DNA from: Lingula anatina | Lineage: Eukaryota > Animalia > Brachiopoda | Reading direction: 5' to 3' | Assembly (NCBI GenBank): GCA_051362555.1 | Contig: CM120645.1 | Location: forward strand, 1,612,001-1,676,000 | Length of the DNA: 64,000 bases | In this document: piece by piece, positions 24,186 to 37,538 of the stretch | How the letters are laid out: each line of letters opens with the position of its first letter | Position numbering within the stretch: position 1 is the first letter of the stretch | Notes under the pieces: generated by a model | The model's database searches: none | Seen by the model: only the letters and a program-made list of their open reading frames with translations | Told to the model about the DNA's origin: nothing | Program-made: the position numbers and the translations under genes

Positions 24186-25537
24186 TATGACTTCAAGCAC
24201 CTGTCTTTGTACATACTTCAACACACAGTATTGCCTGTTATCATCATGGTCCCTGGCTGTCCTCACATGGCACTGTCAACCTGTCATGTGAAATCTTACA
24301 CCACTAGAAGCACCCTGCTTAGTATAACTATTGCACAATGGATTCTTAACGAAAAGAATGATAAAATCTGTTGCATTTTTTCACCAATTGGAAAACTATA
24401 CACAGATTTATGCATACACCATCTGATGATTACATTTCCTGCATGGAGATGTAAAAAAGATTCAAATTTCAGATTTAATAGGAAAAGGGAAAAAATTGCT
24501 CTCTCTTTTAAATTGTCTTAATCTAAGAAACATGACTGTGGATTTCACAAGTTTGGATAAATTCAACATTTTTGTTTATCAAATAGTTTTTCTGGGGATT
24601 ATTGTGTACTAAATCACATGATAACCTATACTGTGTAACCTACTTAATATACTATGAAGTATTTTATGTAATATCATTTTATCAACTCAAAACATTTTGA
24701 TGCCAAATCATTCCAACAAGAACTTGGCCTGCAAACAAATATCTGTTTCCTCAAACCAATAATTATTGAACTTCATTTCCTCTAACATCAAGTAGTTCAA
24801 TATAATCAAAGAAAGCTTGATGCATTATAACACCAAAAAATATAAGGTAAAAATTTTAAGAAAATGAAACAATGGATTTAATGCCCTATAATACACTGTA
24901 TAAGACTGTAAGTACTACTAACTGAAATGATGAAAATAATTATCTTTTAATTGATATTTCCAAATCTGTATCTAATTTTTAAACGAAAGCAAAAGTTCTT
25001 AATATCTAATACTTGTAATTTGAATAGACCTAAATTTGCAGTATAAAACAAGTCATTTTGCAAAAAAATCTGATTCTGGATTATAAAAAATTTGTGCATT
25101 AGATACATGAAATACAAATATCTTCAAATATTTACACATAGTACACTTATTATACAATTCATCTTTCTCACACTGAACAGCACACTAAAGGGACGCAGAC
25201 TATACCGGAGCACTAAACATGTAATTGCACTTCGGGAGGATTTACTTGCTTTTACAAGTTTTCATAGTAATGTTTGAGTAAAAAATTGATAAATTGGTCA
25301 TGCCAAGCACTTGAATCAGTTACACAATAACCAGGCTGTTTTTAACAACTTATAAGTTGCTTATCTCTCATAGTGCACCAGTGGAGACTGTGCAGCTTAA
25401 GTATACCCCTGGATGTGGAAAGAGTCTTAGGACAAAGATATAATTAAAGTTCAAGAGAAAGTGAGTGGGATGCAATTTTACAACTGAAGAAGAGACTCCC
25501 CATTTACCAGCCTCAACAAGTGTTACAATCCATAAAT

Positions 25538-25576
<39 letters not shown>

Positions 25577-25783
25577 TATTGCATCTCATTTGAAGGTAGA
25601 CATTTCAACATGATAACCACTGCCACTGGGTAACCCAGTGATGCTCTAGCAAAACTGAACTAAAAATACCAAACTAAAATACTTTGTCAAAAAAGTACCA
25701 ACTTATATTTGGTTTTCTTAAGACTTGCTGGCAGACCGAGGATTTTGAGAGGCAGGGTGGTGGTTGTCCCTGGGTTTAAAATA

Positions 25784-27021
25784 TCAGTAGGTGTTATTAA
25801 CATTGTATACATTGCTATAACTGGTGGGGGTGTTGTAGATCCCCGTCAGCGCGGCAGAGACGGCCTGGTCATACATCTGTGTCTGTTGCTGCTGCTGCTG
25901 CTGGGAGAAATGCATGGCGTGTGGCGACAGGAACGGATGTAACCCCATTGGAGGCTGAAACTGAGGCTGCTGTTGTTGTGGATGGAGCGCCAGCTGAACA
26001 TCGCCACCACCACCGCCACCGCCGCCATTGCCACCTCCTCCTGGTTGGTCTGGGTAACGCAGGTGAGTGACCTGTTGGCTGGGGACTGGGGTGGTTAACG
26101 CCAACATCTCGCGGAGAAAATTACCATGCTTGGCTGGATCCTCTGGGATAGGTGGGTCCATCACAGCACTCATGGTAGCAGCTGTCAGATCCTTGGATGT
26201 CATCCTCGCGGATGCAGCCTTTGCCAGCTTACTGGCTGTAGCACGCTTCTTCAGTTGTGTCCGCAGCGCCCTCTCTTCCTCCTCGTCAATGGCTGGAATA
26301 TCATCCAATGAGAGCTTGAAGATCTTGAGCTCGCCGCCAGGGTGATACTTGTGGATGTGTTTGCGACAGTTGCTGCGCAAATTGGCGCGGAAATGACAGA
26401 AGCCACACTTGTAGGGTTTGGCATTGGGGTGCTCGTGCTTCACGCGAACATGTGTCCTCAAATCTTTGGCAGTCTAACAAGAAAATAGAAAGAGTTGGAT
26501 TAAAACTTGAGAAGTTAACAAATACACCATCAACTGAATGAAGTTGTAAATTATTAATGACAAACTTTTCGTAGACATACACCATTTTCCTACTGCTTAT
26601 TGTTAATTTACTGGTCTAATTATTTTAAGCATGTAACCATCAATGAAGCAAAAGATTCAACCTTTACAGTTCATCATTTTACTTTTTCTAACATAATTAT
26701 ATAATCGTAAACCTATTTTAAAATAGATATTACATAATGAACAGAAAGATTCATGACTCACATTTGTTCTTTTCACAAGTTTCTCTCACACACCTAAACA
26801 CACACACACACACACACATTTATTCCACATTAACCACAGAATACAAATGAGCTCCAATATTGAAGCACAGGCCTGATACTAACAGGTGCTTTGTAGTCAC
26901 ACTTGAGGCAAGGGAACAGTCTCTCTCCTGTGTGGATGATCATATGTCTCTTCAGTGTCTGTATGGTGGTCACTCCTTTACCACACACTGAACAGATGTG
27001 GGCCTTGATACCTGGAGTGAT

Positions 27022-27060
<39 letters not shown>

Positions 27061-27181
27061 TATAATAATAATAATAATAGTGATGATGATGACGAGTTTT
27101 TTTATAACTGCACTCCATTTTTATCAATGCTGTGTACAAGACAGGACTTAAAAATTTTAACTGAATATTTTACAATGTGTG

Positions 27182-27229
<48 letters not shown>

Positions 27230-30200
27230 AGCATGCGTGTGTGTGCTTGTGTCCACGCATGTGTCATCATGCATATTCATGTATTTCTCATAACTTGACT
27301 ACCATGTGAACATATATATTCCTGATCCCTGATGTATATCCAATAGCCTGTAGTATGTGTTTACAATTACTACCTGAATGTCTGGCCACATGTCTCTCAA
27401 AGATGTACTGCTTTAATGTCTGGAAGTCACATAACTCACACTTCAACACCTTCTTGTTAGGGGGAAGAATTCCATGCTTGTAGAACTGGTGATCTGGTGA
27501 AAAAATGAATCCTAGCATAACTGATGATGATGTATCTTAAAAAGAATGTCATCAGCTGTGTATAGCTTTTAAAGTTACTATAATAGATTCTTCAAACCAC
27601 AGCTAAAACTCACATGTCATAACCACAGACTAAAATACTTCAATGTCTCACAAAACAATGAAATATTGAAATGGTGATAATTCCAAATTTTAGTTGTGTT
27701 TTAAATAATCTTATTCCTTTATGTTTTAGTTTGACATACTTTGTCTATTGAAACACTGCCCAATCAAATGTATTTGATATATCTTTGCTAAGTTACCGAG
27801 GGCAGAGTAAAAATAGGTGGAGCACTGACTCGTGTCATAGGTATGAAGAAATAAAAGCATGCAAAACTCAACAAAAAGATACTACTTTTATGACCATAGA
27901 TCACTTCACAAATATTTTGTACTCACCATCTAAATATTGCTTTTCCGACGCCTTGTAATCACAAAGTTTACAGCTGAGTTTGGCGATCCCCAGACATCGC
28001 TGCTCGTGCAGATCCAGCCGCCCCAGGAGTGTCTTGCCACAGTACGTGCACACGCGTGAACCACGCCTTTCATGCACAACACGCATGTGCTTCCTGACAT
28101 CCCTGAAAGTTATAAAAATGGTTGTCTAGTTTGTGAGATTTTTCACTAGACTGAAAACAGGATTTCCTGAAAACAATGTTTTGTTGCTATTACTTGAAGA
28201 AGATGATGACAAATTTATGGAAAGCGAGTTCTGTTCATATCAAAGAGTACATTTACATTGTGATGAAATAAAAATTCCCCAGAGAAATTTAAATTCTGAA
28301 TTAGTGACTGGGTTGAAAACTGTTGGAAATTACTGTTTACACATAATCATAAAACATCAAACATGTTGCCCTAGATACCAGCCCCTGATATTATCTAATT
28401 CCATGATCCAATACAGTTAAATCTTATTTCACTTGCTCAAAAAAAATTTTTTTAATAGTTGCTCACCTTAGGTTTTTAAACAGTTTCCCGCACACATTGC
28501 ACTGTTCATTTTTCACTTCTTTGTGTTTCAGTTTGTGAGACTGTAAGTCAGAGCGGAACAGCGCAGTGTAATCACAGCCATCAAAGTCACAGTACAGCAC
28601 CTAAAATATAACATTATACAATTGGTTATAATTCCCTTCATTAATAACGACACTTAGGCTAAAAAATCAAGTCCAGTTTGGCAAAAATTATTGGTAGTAA
28701 AAGTCCTGTTTGAACAAAATATTTTGCTGGATCTACACAACATAAAACTGATGTTTCAATCACTATTTGCTTTATGTTGTGGACTATTACAGGTTTATCC
28801 TAGGTCAAAGTAGATTACATCTTTCCAAAAATTATTTCAAAGTCAAGACCAATAAATAACTTATATTCTTTTATAACACCTGCTGTTGCAGAGTACAATA
28901 CCTTCAGTGATTCTGCCACAATACCATGGTCCCTGTATTGGTGTTTCCACAGGTACTTATCGCGACCAAATCTTTGCCCACATGCATCGCACGTGTATGG
29001 TCGCACATGACACTCCCGCACATGCTTCTGCAGGTTCATTTGTAAACTTGAGGAGTACTCGCAGAATTCACACGTGTACTCTGCTTTCTCATGACGCTGC
29101 ATGTGTCGGCACCATGCAGTGTACGAAAGGAAGTACTCATCACACTCCTTTGCGGCACAAGGAAATACATCAATGTCATGCGTCTGCTTCCAATGGAATT
29201 TAAAAATCTCTTTAAGCTGAAAAGTTTGCTGGCATTTTTCACAGTCTTTGTCCTTATAAAATCGGTGCCCAAGGCCATGAGTTTCCGCCATGTGCAGCGC
29301 CATCTGTTTCTGTGCCACTTCCTCACCGCACTGGTCACAAATGCTAGACCCATGCATGATCTGTATGTGATCCTCAAGCTCTACCCTGCTCTTAAATTTC
29401 TCCTCACAGTGGTGACAATGCAGTAGAGTCTTCGTCTTCGTGCGAGCGCGTGTTTTCTTCAGTTTACTTATTGCAGATCTGATAGTCTTTTTCTGTAAAG
29501 AAGGCACTCTCCGTGTAGACCTGGCCCTGAGTGGTCTCTTCTGAGAGACAATCTTACCACTGAAGTAGGGCCTGGTGAGTAAGTTTCTGAGTTGGAACGC
29601 TGTCCACGTCCCTAGCACTTTCTCTTTGTTGTGTGTCCTGACACTACTAGACCTCTTTGAAGGGCGGCCCAATGTCTGGTGCTTTAACCTGGTGTGCAGG
29701 TCCAAATGGAGCTGATCTGTGAAGGTCTTAAAGCACTGATAATTAAAAGAAAAAATAAAGAGTTTAGGTGCAGGAAAAACTAACATCAGATTGGTCTTAC
29801 GATATAACTGGTCTCATCAAAAGTTATAAGTTACATTAAAAAAAAGTATAAATACATAAATATAATACATAAATACAATAAAATAAAACAGTTCATTATA
29901 TAAACAGACAAATAAATGTTCTCAATAAACAGTGAATGAATTATTCTTACGGCTTCACCAAATTACAAGAAGAAAGCATTTTAATTGTACCCCGTCCATA
30001 ACTATATACCTTATGGCATGGCCAAGTGTTCCTCTCTCTCTTCCTCCCTCTGTGTACCCCTGTAGCCCCAACATATCTATACCTCCTCAGCTGCAGATAA
30101 AACCCTGTCTTTCTCCTGTACCTATGCTGCTGTAACATGTGCTTCTTTGCACTCACAGACAGCGTAAAGCTACTGTGACACAGTTTACAAACATAAGAGG

Positions 30201-31428
30201 TTTTGTCAAAGTTCTTCGGTTGGTTATGTGGAACATAGTCTTTTTCTGGTTTCGATTTAGAACTCGGTTTTGGTTTCGATTTCCTTTTTCTTTTCACCTT
30301 CGTTATCTTGGGCTGGGAAGGAGCGCTCTGCCTGGGCCGCCCACGTTTCCTCTTTCCCGGCGGTGATAAGAGTTCATCAACAGTCACCCTAGGTCGTATT
30401 TGCACTATATGCCTAGGCTTTGATTTCCGTTTGCTTGCAGACCCACTGCCCATCCTGGTGGAGTCTTTCGGCTTCTCCAGCCTTCCCATAATGCCGTGCA
30501 AAGGGACGTTGGCCAGGACTCCTGCCTCCTGGTCCGTCTCCTCACTGTGAGCCTCAGTCTGAAGAGAGTTCTGCTCCACCATCTTCATAGCTGTGTTTAC
30601 TGCCTCTCTCTCCCTGGGATTCAGGCAAGCCAAGATGTCAGGCAAATCCTTTAGGCTCTCTAGTTTAATGCTGCCTTCCCTAAGACCACAAGGACGCCTG
30701 TTGTTCCCCTGTTTCATCTCACCTTCCCCTCGTGTCGCTCCTCTGTCTGTTGCCATGTCTCCTTCGCCACTGGTGCTGTTGCAATTCACTGCTGGTGATG
30801 CCTTCTGGGAAGGCTGCTCTGTGGTTGTACTGCTATTGTTTGCATCTGCTTTGGGGTCAACAGAAGAATTATTATTCCCTGACAGCATGCTTACAACCAC
30901 ATCCACATCTGACTGAAGTGGCTGGGGCACATCTGGCTGCGTTAGGTGTGACAACTCTGGATGCACTGGCTGAGGCAAATCTGACTGTGTTGGTTGTGAC
31001 AGTCCTGATTGTGGTAGGTGTGACACAGCTGATTGTGTTGGTTGTGACAGTGCAGATTGCATTGCCTGCTCACAACTCCCCTTAAGTTCCTCTATACCAA
31101 GAAACTCTGCCATAGATGCAAGCTGAGGCAGCATATCCTTGCCAACACTGATTTTCTCCCCATACAAGTAATCCAACACGGGTGTTATCAAAACCTCTGG
31201 AAGATTTACGGGTACCACCCACGGTTCTGTATTTAACAAAGCATTTGCAAAGTATTTTGCTGACGAGACCAGAATTAGTCTGTGTGCCATGAAGGTGGTG
31301 CCCTCTACTGACTTGAGAACGACATCGCAGAGAGTGGCCGTGCGGCGCAGCTCATTGATCTTGGTCCATATCAGCTGTGTTTGCTGTCTCTGTAGGTGGA
31401 GGGAGGTCTCGGCCCCAATAGCTGACAT
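25784..31428 (-). CDS. BTB/POZ + AT-hook + about 16 C2H2 zinc-finger transcription factor (ZBTB-like), about 1166 aa
   Basis: In-phase exons: 31428-30010, 29735-28902, 28600-28467, 28102-27927, 27493-27374, 27011-26884, 26473-25784. Features: BTB (LCDVVL...FMAHRLILVSSAKYF...LDYLY), AT-hook KRGRPR, fingers that rejoin across splices (WPCHK|CFKTF...H...H), an HTGER linker, and a polyG/polyQ C-terminus. Confidence 0.9.
27021..27092. repeat. (AAT)n/(GAT)n microsatellite next to a ZBTB splice acceptor
   Basis: Directly visible. A (TG)n tract follows at 27184-27226. Confidence 0.95.
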
Positions 31429-33214
31429 GCTGCGGCTGATGGAGATATCTGGAAGAAAAGACAGTAAATGAAAAGAGGATTTAAAAGACTGCTTTAGTTA
31501 AATAAGATTTAACTAAAGCAGTCTGACACTTATAAAAGTTAAAAAAAAAGAATGAGAAAAAATTGAAAAGAAAAAAATATAATGAATATATCCCAACTAG
31601 AACTCTAATAAAAAAGCACTTACTCTGCTTAATAATACAATGAAAGATTCTGAAAACTTGACACTGCAAATAATAAATTAATCAACTTCAGACTAAATAG
31701 CAGGAAGCAAACTTGTGCAAGGGAGTAGCCCCTTACTAGGCTACGGGTAATTGCATGTTTAGAATAGGAACTGTCTGTCTTAAAGTAAACCAGTGCAGTC
31801 TGTATCACTAAACTATACCGCTCGATATGAAAAGGCTTACTAGTCAATACAGTGGAATGTTTGAACTTTGTTCGCGAATTCTTTTCCACACTAGCATTGA
31901 CATATGATAAATATGTTTGTGCCAAATCCACAAATGCAAAGAAGAGTAGTGACTGGCCGGGGAAGACCCGGGTTCGAGAGAGAAGAAGAGACCAGAGCCT
32001 GGACAAATGTGGCAGTGTGCCTACGACTTATCACAGGAATTTCTTTCCCGTGGCCCACAGTCATTCAGTTTTTGAGCTAGTGCTAAAGACTCTAATGGGT
32101 TGCACTTACCTCAGATTTTAGCGTCGGGTGAAAATTGTGACAATGCAGAGCAAGGCCAGTAAATGAAGCGTCCCATTTTTTCTTTAAATGCTACATTAAT
32201 TGCACAATAAACTACTGCATTCTTCCCAAACCTCCAGCCTTTAAGCCAGATTGACTGTAGGTGGCAGTGCATGCAAGATAAGCTACATTACCGTATGCTG
32301 CACCTCTTTAAAACTATAATGTCTTTATTTCAATTAGTTAACATGTCATTTAATATTCCTTATAGTTTGGACATAAGTGTTATGGTGTCTCTCTTTTGCA
32401 TGCCTTTCCCTCCGTTTCTTTACCCTACGCTGAATGCTAACAAGTGGGTAGGGGGGGGGGGGAAGGGGGGGGGGGCTGACAAGCGCTGTACAGGTATGCA
32501 CTTTGCTCCCTAAATACTTAAAGGGCTTTGAATTTCATGTTTTTCTTATTTTAGATGTGCATTGCTTTTCAAATAAATTGATCTGATCATTGCTAAATTA
32601 TGTTTATACAATGTATATGTTGTTTTACAAGAAAATAAGCGTTTAAATATAACGGGAGATGTAGGGATTAATTTCAGGCGAGGGTGGGGTGAAATGGTTA
32701 AATGAGTAAATACCATAACTAATATACTTTGAATAGCTGAGACATTGTTCAAAGTCTGAATAACTGAATATGGAAAAATAAAATCGAAAATCAATGCCAG
32801 GCTTATAGGCGGGGTTCATGCTAAAAATTAAGGTAGTGGCTTGCGCACATCTTACTAAGTACCGACTTACCTTGACAAGGGATTATTCTATAATGCTCAT
32901 CTTTCTTCCTTCGGGGTCTAAGAGAACAAAATTTTAAAGGGTTTTTCACATCGAGAATTATATTTTAGCTCTACTTAGTAATTACCCTAGAGGAAACCAC
33001 CCTTCACAAAGTCCGACAAGTTCTGGTTAAATTAGTTAATCGGCCGTGACGAGCGCGGGGACTCCGTTTAAGTGACTTTCTTACGTAATAACCAGGCTAT
33101 TAAGTTGTCAAACATGCAGGTTTCAACAGGTCCAAGAGGCATAATGTTGAATTTTGGTGTTTCAGGCGTTTTGCGGTGCAGCTATATAACTTATAAGCAG
33201 ATATAGGTCTCAAA

Positions 33215-33449
33215 GACCGCATTCAAATTCACCCATCGTACAAGCTGGGTCGGTCCACCTTTCTCCCTTTTGGGAATTCTCGCTTAAGTGCAATCAGTGG
33301 AATGAGCTTAATTGCCTGACACACCTCCTCGAGCTGCTAGGGGGTAATTAACCATGGTGCACTGATTTAGCTGATTCCACTAAAGCGAGAATCCCCTGCA
33401 GAGTAAGTTGGACCTACCAGCTATAAAGACTTGTGAATTAGAATGTGCC
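33215..33449. mobile_element. MITE family 2 copy (Harbinger-like termini), upstream of the ZBTG-like gene's 5' exons
   Basis: Imperfect TIRs gaccgcattcaaattcac / gtgaattagaatgtgcc. The core (gcttaattgcctgacac...gggggtaattaac) recurs at 41110-41337 and 42222-42385. Confidence 0.65.
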
Positions 33450-34103
33450 TTATGTCATTTATCTAACCTTCTTCTGACTTCTTGCAGATGACAAATTATT
33501 GCCAAAAGTTCCATAAGATCCAGACCTGAGCGTAATTATGCTGGTTTTAACAACTTAACCAGTTTTGAAAAATAATGTTCTGAATATGACACAATTTTGG
33601 CATAACGTATGCCAATCAGTTTCAAAAAATTATTTAAAAATTAGTCCCCCCCCATTTTTAACTCAAGATATAAATGTCAAACTAACAACAAGAACATAGT
33701 ATAACAACAAGAATATAAAATACAATTTATTGATATTATCAAAGAGATTAAAAATCCATCCTTGGTAAGAAGGTACATTGTATCATACATATACATGGAT
33801 ATGTAATTATAGACAGTGACAGCGCAAATCCCAAGAGGCCCTCATTCTTATACCATAATAACAATATTATAACAAATACACAGTTTTCAACCAAAGTTGG
33901 TATACAGAATACACTCCGGGTACAAATACTCATACATGTATATTCTGTTTAGCAATCAGTTCCACATTGTAGGAACATTCCAACAGTGCACTTTTAGTAC
34001 AGTATATATGTGTATCATAAGACTCTTTTCACATCTTACAGTACTCTTTTCTGTTTCACACCATTTCAAGACATTGGAAATTTAATAGGCAGCTGGCTAT
34101 TAC

Positions 34104-34134
<31 letters not shown>

Positions 34135-34228
34135 ATCTCTGCAGAGCCCCCACACTCAACACAACTAGTAGTTCCCCAGATTAATTGGGATGGGTTGTAA
34201 CAGGAAGTTGGAACTTGTGAAAAGGAGT

Positions 34229-34266
<38 letters not shown>

Positions 34267-37237
34267 CCCCCCCCCCCCCCCCCCTTACATTTAAGAACCA
34301 GTCAAATGGTAGGGAACAGAAAAGCACACTGCACCAAGTTTAAGGTGCCTTGGAGGTTATATCTACCAGTACAAGTACTTGTAAGTTGTAGGACCCACTA
34401 AACTGAGTCCTGGGTTATAATTACAGCAACAGGAAAATGGCGATATGAAATACTACAGTCAATCAGACAGGTGTACACTTCCAGTAGTCACCAATATCGA
34501 ATATGTTCAGATTTTTCTCACTATTGCCCCTGTAAGCAGCAGTAAATTCCCTTAATAGTTACACTGAAAAAAAAACTGTACTACTTGTAGGTCATTTTAC
34601 AATTATAACAATTATCAGAATCTTTAGGATTCATTCAGTACCCACAAAACTGCCACATTCAGCCAATGTTGAACATTTTGATTAAAAAACTATGAACTAA
34701 ATTTAGATGTGTAAAACAACTTAACAATTGGTTCACCTTGCCATCAAAACTGTGAGACTAGAGAAAACTAGGAACTCAAAGATAAGGTTTTCTTTTCAAT
34801 ATGCTTTTCATAGAAAAGAGCAATACAGATCACATACAATGTGGCCTCTCTTAGGACACATAAGAAATAAAGGATACCTTTAATGCAGTTTTTATCTTCC
34901 TTTTTAACACCAAAATCTATAACAATATTACATCTATTTTTTACATTTAAAAAACTTTAAAATAACCATGAAAAGAACAAAAATTAACTTTTAGTAAAAA
35001 AATCTTGTTAACATTTAATTATTCATTATGTCCCATAAGAAGCCTATTAAATAACCACAGGGAGATGAATGGTCACATATTCATTGATAACAGACACACA
35101 AGAAGTATTCAGTGAGGATCATTTAATGGAAGAAATAAAATATGCCTACTGAGCAAAATGAACTGGTGCAGACATTGCGTAAGTGTACACTCACTGAGGA
35201 AAGAGCCACAAGAGTTGGGGAGGGGGGAGGCCTAAAACGTAATAAACCAAAACTTGTATGGTGACAGCAGCTGCAGTTGGTGAAAGACAATTTGAAAGTT
35301 AGAGAAGTACTTAACCATGTGTTTAACTTCATGGTAGATAACATCCGCTTTTAACAACAATCACACCACAGCACAATTTGCTTATTTTTTTAAAATCATT
35401 ATCAACTGTTGAGAAATATTTGCATTTTTATAAACATCCGAAATTAACATGTGCAATTCTAAATGGCAAGGAAATCTTTTGAAAAACCCCAGTTAAGCAC
35501 AGTTAATAATCTAATCCCCAAACATGGAAAAAATGAGATCTGAACATTAGAAACATTAAGGTTGTTATTGTCCAGACATAATAGAAGACTAGTAGACAAA
35601 AATGGTTATATTAAGAATAATAAATAAATAAATAAATTTCACGCTTCAACTGCAATACCCTGCAGAAGTTTACAGCATGCTTCATTTGGGTGGTACATGT
35701 ACCTACAAGAATACGAGTAGATGTTTAAGTGAATGCCATATCACATTAAATTTTATCTCTCCAATGAATTCCTAAAAACTGAGAACAAACATCAACAAAG
35801 TACAAAACCCAGATATGAGTCTCATAATATTATGTAAACAACTGTAAACTTTTAGCAGTCACATATGTCAAAATACCACAAAATTTAAATAAAAATACTA
35901 TACGTCATCACACCAAATGGATTAACAGGGACTTGAAGTTCTATCTATTGATCAAGTACAGGTGATGTGGTAACTGCAGGATAAATGTTTACAAATTAAA
36001 AATCTAACGGGTAGTTTTACAGATAAAATACGAGTCATGCCACACGTCTTAGTAACATCATGCATGATGTAATGCAATCAATATATTTACTTTTATTCTT
36101 CTGTCTTCCCATCATATTTCTCTTAAATACCAGTAGACAGCAAAGACTGCAAATGTTCACACAGTGATTTAGAAGAGCAGAAAAAAAAAAATATTCATCC
36201 AAGACCTGTGACAAGACTCCAACTTTTTCAAGCTTTTTTATCCTGTAAAATAGGTTTTAAATCAAATGGATTTACCATATGAAGTGGAAAAAGACCCATT
36301 ATGCAAAACCGCACATGTTAATGTCACTGCTAAAAATAAACAACAAATAGAGGTGATAATTATATCCACAAACACTATATGCTAAAAAAAAAAAAAAAAA
36401 AAAAACCTTGAACTGTCCAAAAACAATATTTTTTGTATTATGCTGACAATACAGGGCCTAACTGTGTGAGAAATACAACTGTTACAATGTCCTTGGAAGC
36501 CCCTGAATTTTCTTTTTTCTTTTCACTTCAGCACACATGGTTCCACACATGTGCACAAGGTTAATTGATAAATTAACTTGTCTTATACTCATTCAAAGGA
36601 ATGTTAAAGGAATACAAGTATTTTTCCTCTTAGGGTGCAGCAGGAGGGGGGGCTATCTGAAGTAGGATTAAAAATATGCAAACACCATTCTTGCATCTAT
36701 ACAATGGTTTCTGACTAAACAATGGTCCATAATTATTGAAGCAAGCACCTATTGATTTAGTCAATAAAGAGGTATGTGTAGGTCTGAGTATTGTAATATG
36801 GTATAAAACTGAATAACAATGCCATGTTCAATCACCAACATATACAAAATATTTCAAGACCTTCTGAATATTATAAAGTATATGTGAGCTTCAATGTGTC
36901 ACACACTATATATATATATATGTGCAAAGTTCAAGGCAGTTTTCCTTCTTTTCTCCACCGGGTAAAGGTAACATTCCAATATATGAAATCCAGACAAATT
37001 TCAAACTTATGCTAAGCCAGTACATTGGAAAATAAATGTAGAAAATTATTTAAAGGCAAAGACTTATGTGTTGTTAGCAAATTAATATTTTGTAGTTCTT
37101 TGAAAAATTTTCACTATATACATACAGAAACCATACATCGTTAGCAGTACAGGAAGCAATAAATACGTAAGAAAGGTTCTTGGTCAAATGAATCAGTTTT
37201 TACTGGATAACATATTCACCAGTAGTTAATTATAAGT

Positions 37238-37397
37238 GCATTTAGAACAGCGAACTAACAGATCCATGGATCAAATATGGCGACCCACTATTTAGCTTGT
37301 CGCTTAATTCCTGATTAGACACTGAATACGTTCCCTGCTGGGATTACACAACAAGCATTCAAGTGGGCGGATCTGTTAGTCGGCTGTTCTGAAAGCG
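37238..37397. mobile_element. Palindromic MITE family 1 copy in the putative sarcospan 3'UTR
   Basis: gcatttagaacagcgaactaacagatcc ... ggatctgttagtcggctgttctgaaagc, with the family core. Confidence 0.8.
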
Positions 37398-37538
37398 CTC
37401 TCTGACAATATAGAACTCTAATTCTGCCAGTATCAAGGACAATGTTTCACAAGTCCAAATCTTTGAGTGCCGTATTCAAATAAAGTACATATCACTAACA
37501 GAATAATGGAGCATTTTTTGTTTGAGGTTCGGAGAGGT

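Noticed and set aside
29947-30009. C-terminal end of the 493-aa ORF treated as a complete BTB protein
   Set aside because: A donor at 30009 joins WPCHK to CFKTF and completes a zinc finger, so the rest is intron read-through.
25709-31471. Plus-strand ORFs overlapping the ZBTB exons
   Set aside because: Antisense shadows of GC-richer coding exons.
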